Both the position numbers and the translations under genes were made by a program. From assembly GCA_951804945.1 (NCBI GenBank), contig OX638151.1:54932001-54996000 (forward strand): 64,000 nt of DNA. The letters run 5' to 3'. The notes under the pieces are model-generated. The model searched no databases and was not told the DNA's origin. It saw only the letters and a program-made list of their open reading frames with translations. The first letter of the stretch is position 1. Each line of letters starts with the position of its first letter. Below are positions 61,100-64,000 of the stretch, one piece after another. The DNA comes from Podarcis cretensis. Its lineage: Eukaryota.

Positions 61100-61460
61100 T
61101 TATAATAAGAATAATGACTATTATTAATAATAATAATGTATTTATACCCTGCCCATCTGGCCGGGTTTCCCCAGCCACTCTGGGCAGCTTCCAACAAAAT
61201 ATTAAAAATATAATAAAGCATCAGACATTAAAGACATCCCTAAACAGGGCTGCCTTCAGATGTCTTCTAAAAATCAGATAGTTGTTTATTTCCTTGACAT
61301 TTGATAGGAGGGCGTTTCACAGGGAGAGTGCCACTACCGAGAAGACCCTCTGCCTAGTCCCCTGTAACTTCATTTCTTGTAGTGTGGGAACCGCCAGAAG
61401 ACCCTCAGAGGAGGACCTCTGTGTCCAGGCTGAACGATAGGGGTGGAGACGTTTCTTCAG
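61100..61460 (-). mobile_element. L2 LINE 3' end
   Basis: Homologous to the L2 at 4490-5420 but without the MITE. Confidence 0.8.
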
Positions 61461-62677
61461 AGTTAATAACGGATCTCCTTAAAAAAGCTGTCCCAACAAA
61501 AATTCATGGGGCACCTCACCCATCATTTCCCACAAAACTCCTTTCTCCTTGAACACCCACTTTCTTCCCAACTAGGGCTGCAGGAACTTTTAACACCGGC
61601 GTAGTCATCTGGAAAAACAAGCAACCAAAACTTTCCCTCATACCACTTGATAATGGGAAATGGCATCTGACTTATTTGTGTCACACGGTGGCTAAATGGA
61701 CAGGAGTCATCCTTCGCGGAAATGGACAGCAGCGATACTGTATTAAAAAGTGAAGGGTCTGGGGGGCCCTTTTAAACTTTATTTAAATGTTTATAAATAA
61801 AATGTGGAAGTATTTAAGCCCTGATCCTAAATGTAATCAGGACTGTTTAAAAATTGGGCCTTACCCCATATAAACAGAATTGCCAATAAAACAAGAAAAT
61901 CCTGTGTATGTAGTACTCAGAAATAAACCATAGCACATGTAAACTTTCAAATACTCACTTTGAAAGATCAAATTGCAATGTAACCATTAATCTCCAGACT
62001 CAAAACACTTTGGTTTGGGTAATACACCTCACCAATATACCGGGAGAAAGGTTGCCTGATGTATTGGATAACTGACACAGTTGTTCAGAATCTGGGATAA
62101 TAGATAAACAGTGAGAACTTTAATTAAATACAACATTTCTGACTATGGGCCTGGTGACAGAATTAGATGTTAAATCAACCGTTCTAGTTTGATTTTCTGA
62201 CCTTAACAAACTGAGCAGAATAAATTAGGCTAATAGGTAATTCAAAGATCAAGGCTCATTAGTGCAAATGGCATGTTTAAATGCAAATGAGATCGACCAT
62301 AAACTTATTGTTAGCCTAACTTCTCCCAACTGACTTTCAGCTGTAAGGGTGACTATGGGGCCTACTTGATTGTGGTATAGACGCTATTGTCACAGTAGGG
62401 CAGGCATGTCCAAAGTCCGTTTTGAGGGCCTAATCCAGCTTTGGTTGGCCCTCACGCATGTTCACTTCATCAAATCTGGCCCTATTTGAAAAAAGTTTGG
62501 GCACCCCAGCTGGACGGTGACTGAAACCAGTGCAAATGAATAGGGCAAATATGAACCACTGCTGTCACAGACCCTCATTGTATATTTAAATTGTAGTCTC
62601 AGAGACAAATTGCACCCATTAGATTTTCTTGTCAAAGCGGGTATGAAGCTTATCACAGCAAAACAACATAACTAGTT

Positions 62678-62910
62678 TAGGTAAAGGACCCCTGGATGGT
62701 TAAGTCCAGTCAAACTAAACTATGAGGTGCAGTGCTTATCTTGCTTCAGGCCGAGAAAGCCGGCATTTGTCTGCCCATAACTTTTCGCATCATGTGGCCA
62801 GCATGATTGACCACTTCTGGCGCAACAAGACACTGTGACGAGTGCCAGAATGCACGGAAACACTGTTTACCTTCCCACCGCAGCGGTACCTATTTATCTA
62901 CTTGCACTAC
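62678..62910 (-). mobile_element. Older Sauria SINE fragment
   Basis: AGGTAAAGGACCCCTGGATGGTTAAGTCCAGTC…CCTATTTATCTACTTGCAC. Confidence 0.7.
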
Positions 62911-63441
62911 TTGAACACAACTACGTATTCCTGTGCTGAAACAGTCCAAATTGGCCAGTCTGTTCATCTTGCTGAATAGTTTTTTGGCAAGAATAGCTGC
63001 AAAATACTAAACTGTACATGCAGTAGTAGCAAACAATAACTTTTTTCACTGTTACCACAGGCTAATTAATTTCTGTTTTGTTTAATCACTCTCTGATCCT
63101 TTTTATATGGGGGTAGTTTTGATAGAAAAGCAGCAAGAGCGCCCTAATCAAGCTTGTTTCATAGATCAGGACCAATGACCAAGAAGCTGTAAAAGGCAGC
63201 AGGATTATACTGCTCTGAAATTATTTCTAAGAGGTTTCAGCTGCAGCCCAATTTGTGTAAAACTATATTTTTTAAAAAAAAATCACCAACAATTGCCACC
63301 AACATCATTTTATTAGATCTTTATTTAACATAAAATGTTTCAATACCATTCTAACATAGGAAGAAAGTGTGTTTCCCCTAAAAATACAGAATTGCAGGTT
63401 TTTCTAAAGTATTTCTCAGCATCTTCTTATGAATTTTCAAC

Positions 63442-63513
63442 TTATTCATAAATTCTTTGCAGTTCTTTCAGTACAACACCGCCCTCTGCCATAGCATTTT
63501 GGAATCTCTGGAC
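63442..63513 (-). CDS. MRPL18: Last coding exon of mitochondrial ribosomal protein L18
   Basis: VQRFQNAMAEGGVVLKELQRIYE* matches the MRPL18 C-terminus (…AMTEGGVVLREPQRIYE). Acceptor at 63514-63515; AATAAA on the minus strand at 63309-63314 and 63320-63325; expected synteny with PNLDC1. Confidence 0.9.
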   Translation of the reverse strand, partial: VQRFQNAMAEGGVVLKELQRIYE

Positions 63514-64000
63514 CTTTTTTTAAAAAAGAGAAAACAATTAAATCACAACCTTTAGTATATAATTTGTGTTATTATATTCAACATACAGAATGTTGCAATT
63601 CTTAGATCCCACTGGATAGATCAAAGTGACCAACCAGGTGCCTCTGAGGGTATCATGACTAATACCTGTTGAAAGCATTGACTTCCCCATTCTGCTCTGA
63701 AAGCCACCCAAGCCAGTGGCTATTACTACATCCTGTGGTGGCAAATGCCATAGGTTCAGTATTCACTGTGTGAAGTACTTCCTCTTCACTGTCCTGAATC
63801 TTCCAACATTTATTGGATGGCCCCAAGTTCTAATACAATGAGAGATGGAAAAGACCCTCTCTAACTGCTTTCTCCACCCCGTGCATAATAATGTATCCCA
63901 TTACTTTTCTTTAACCTCCCCCCTTTGCACAACCCCCCCCCCCAAGCTGTAACCTTTCATCATAGGGGAGCTGTCCTTTTCCTATCCTTTGGCAGCTCTA

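Overview
Vertebrate genomic DNA, most likely a lacertid lizard; the taxon is inferred from Sauria-type SINEs, BovB tails, a tRNA-Lys/CR1-tail SINE and L2, Penelope and Tigger/hAT elements. The first 40 kb holds a head-to-tail tandem array on the + strand of at least seven MAS1/MRGPR-family class A GPCR genes: one 3' fragment at the window edge plus six full ORFs, here called A-F. Each unit repeats the same layout: a conserved upstream non-coding module, a TE-filled intron, a conserved splice acceptor, one coding exon and a very short 3' UTR with AATAAA. The array ends tail-to-tail with a complete 19-exon PNLDC1 gene (piRNA 3' trimmer, minus strand, 60351->40435, 532 aa), followed by the last exon of MRPL18, matching the known MRPL18-PNLDC1-(Mrgprh)-MAS1 synteny. 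The most interesting signal is that the receptors split into two groups with complementary losses of class A motifs. A, B and F lack P6.50; C, D and E have remodelled the Na+ pocket and NPxxY; all six share a TM7 Asp. Also notable: patchy D/E divergence concentrated in the ligand-facing segments, a micro-inversion in the upstream module of E, loss of the start codon in C, and a direct repeat about 56.6 kb apart that brackets the receptor coding exons and PNLDC1. All coordinates and alignments were read by eye; no database searches were run.
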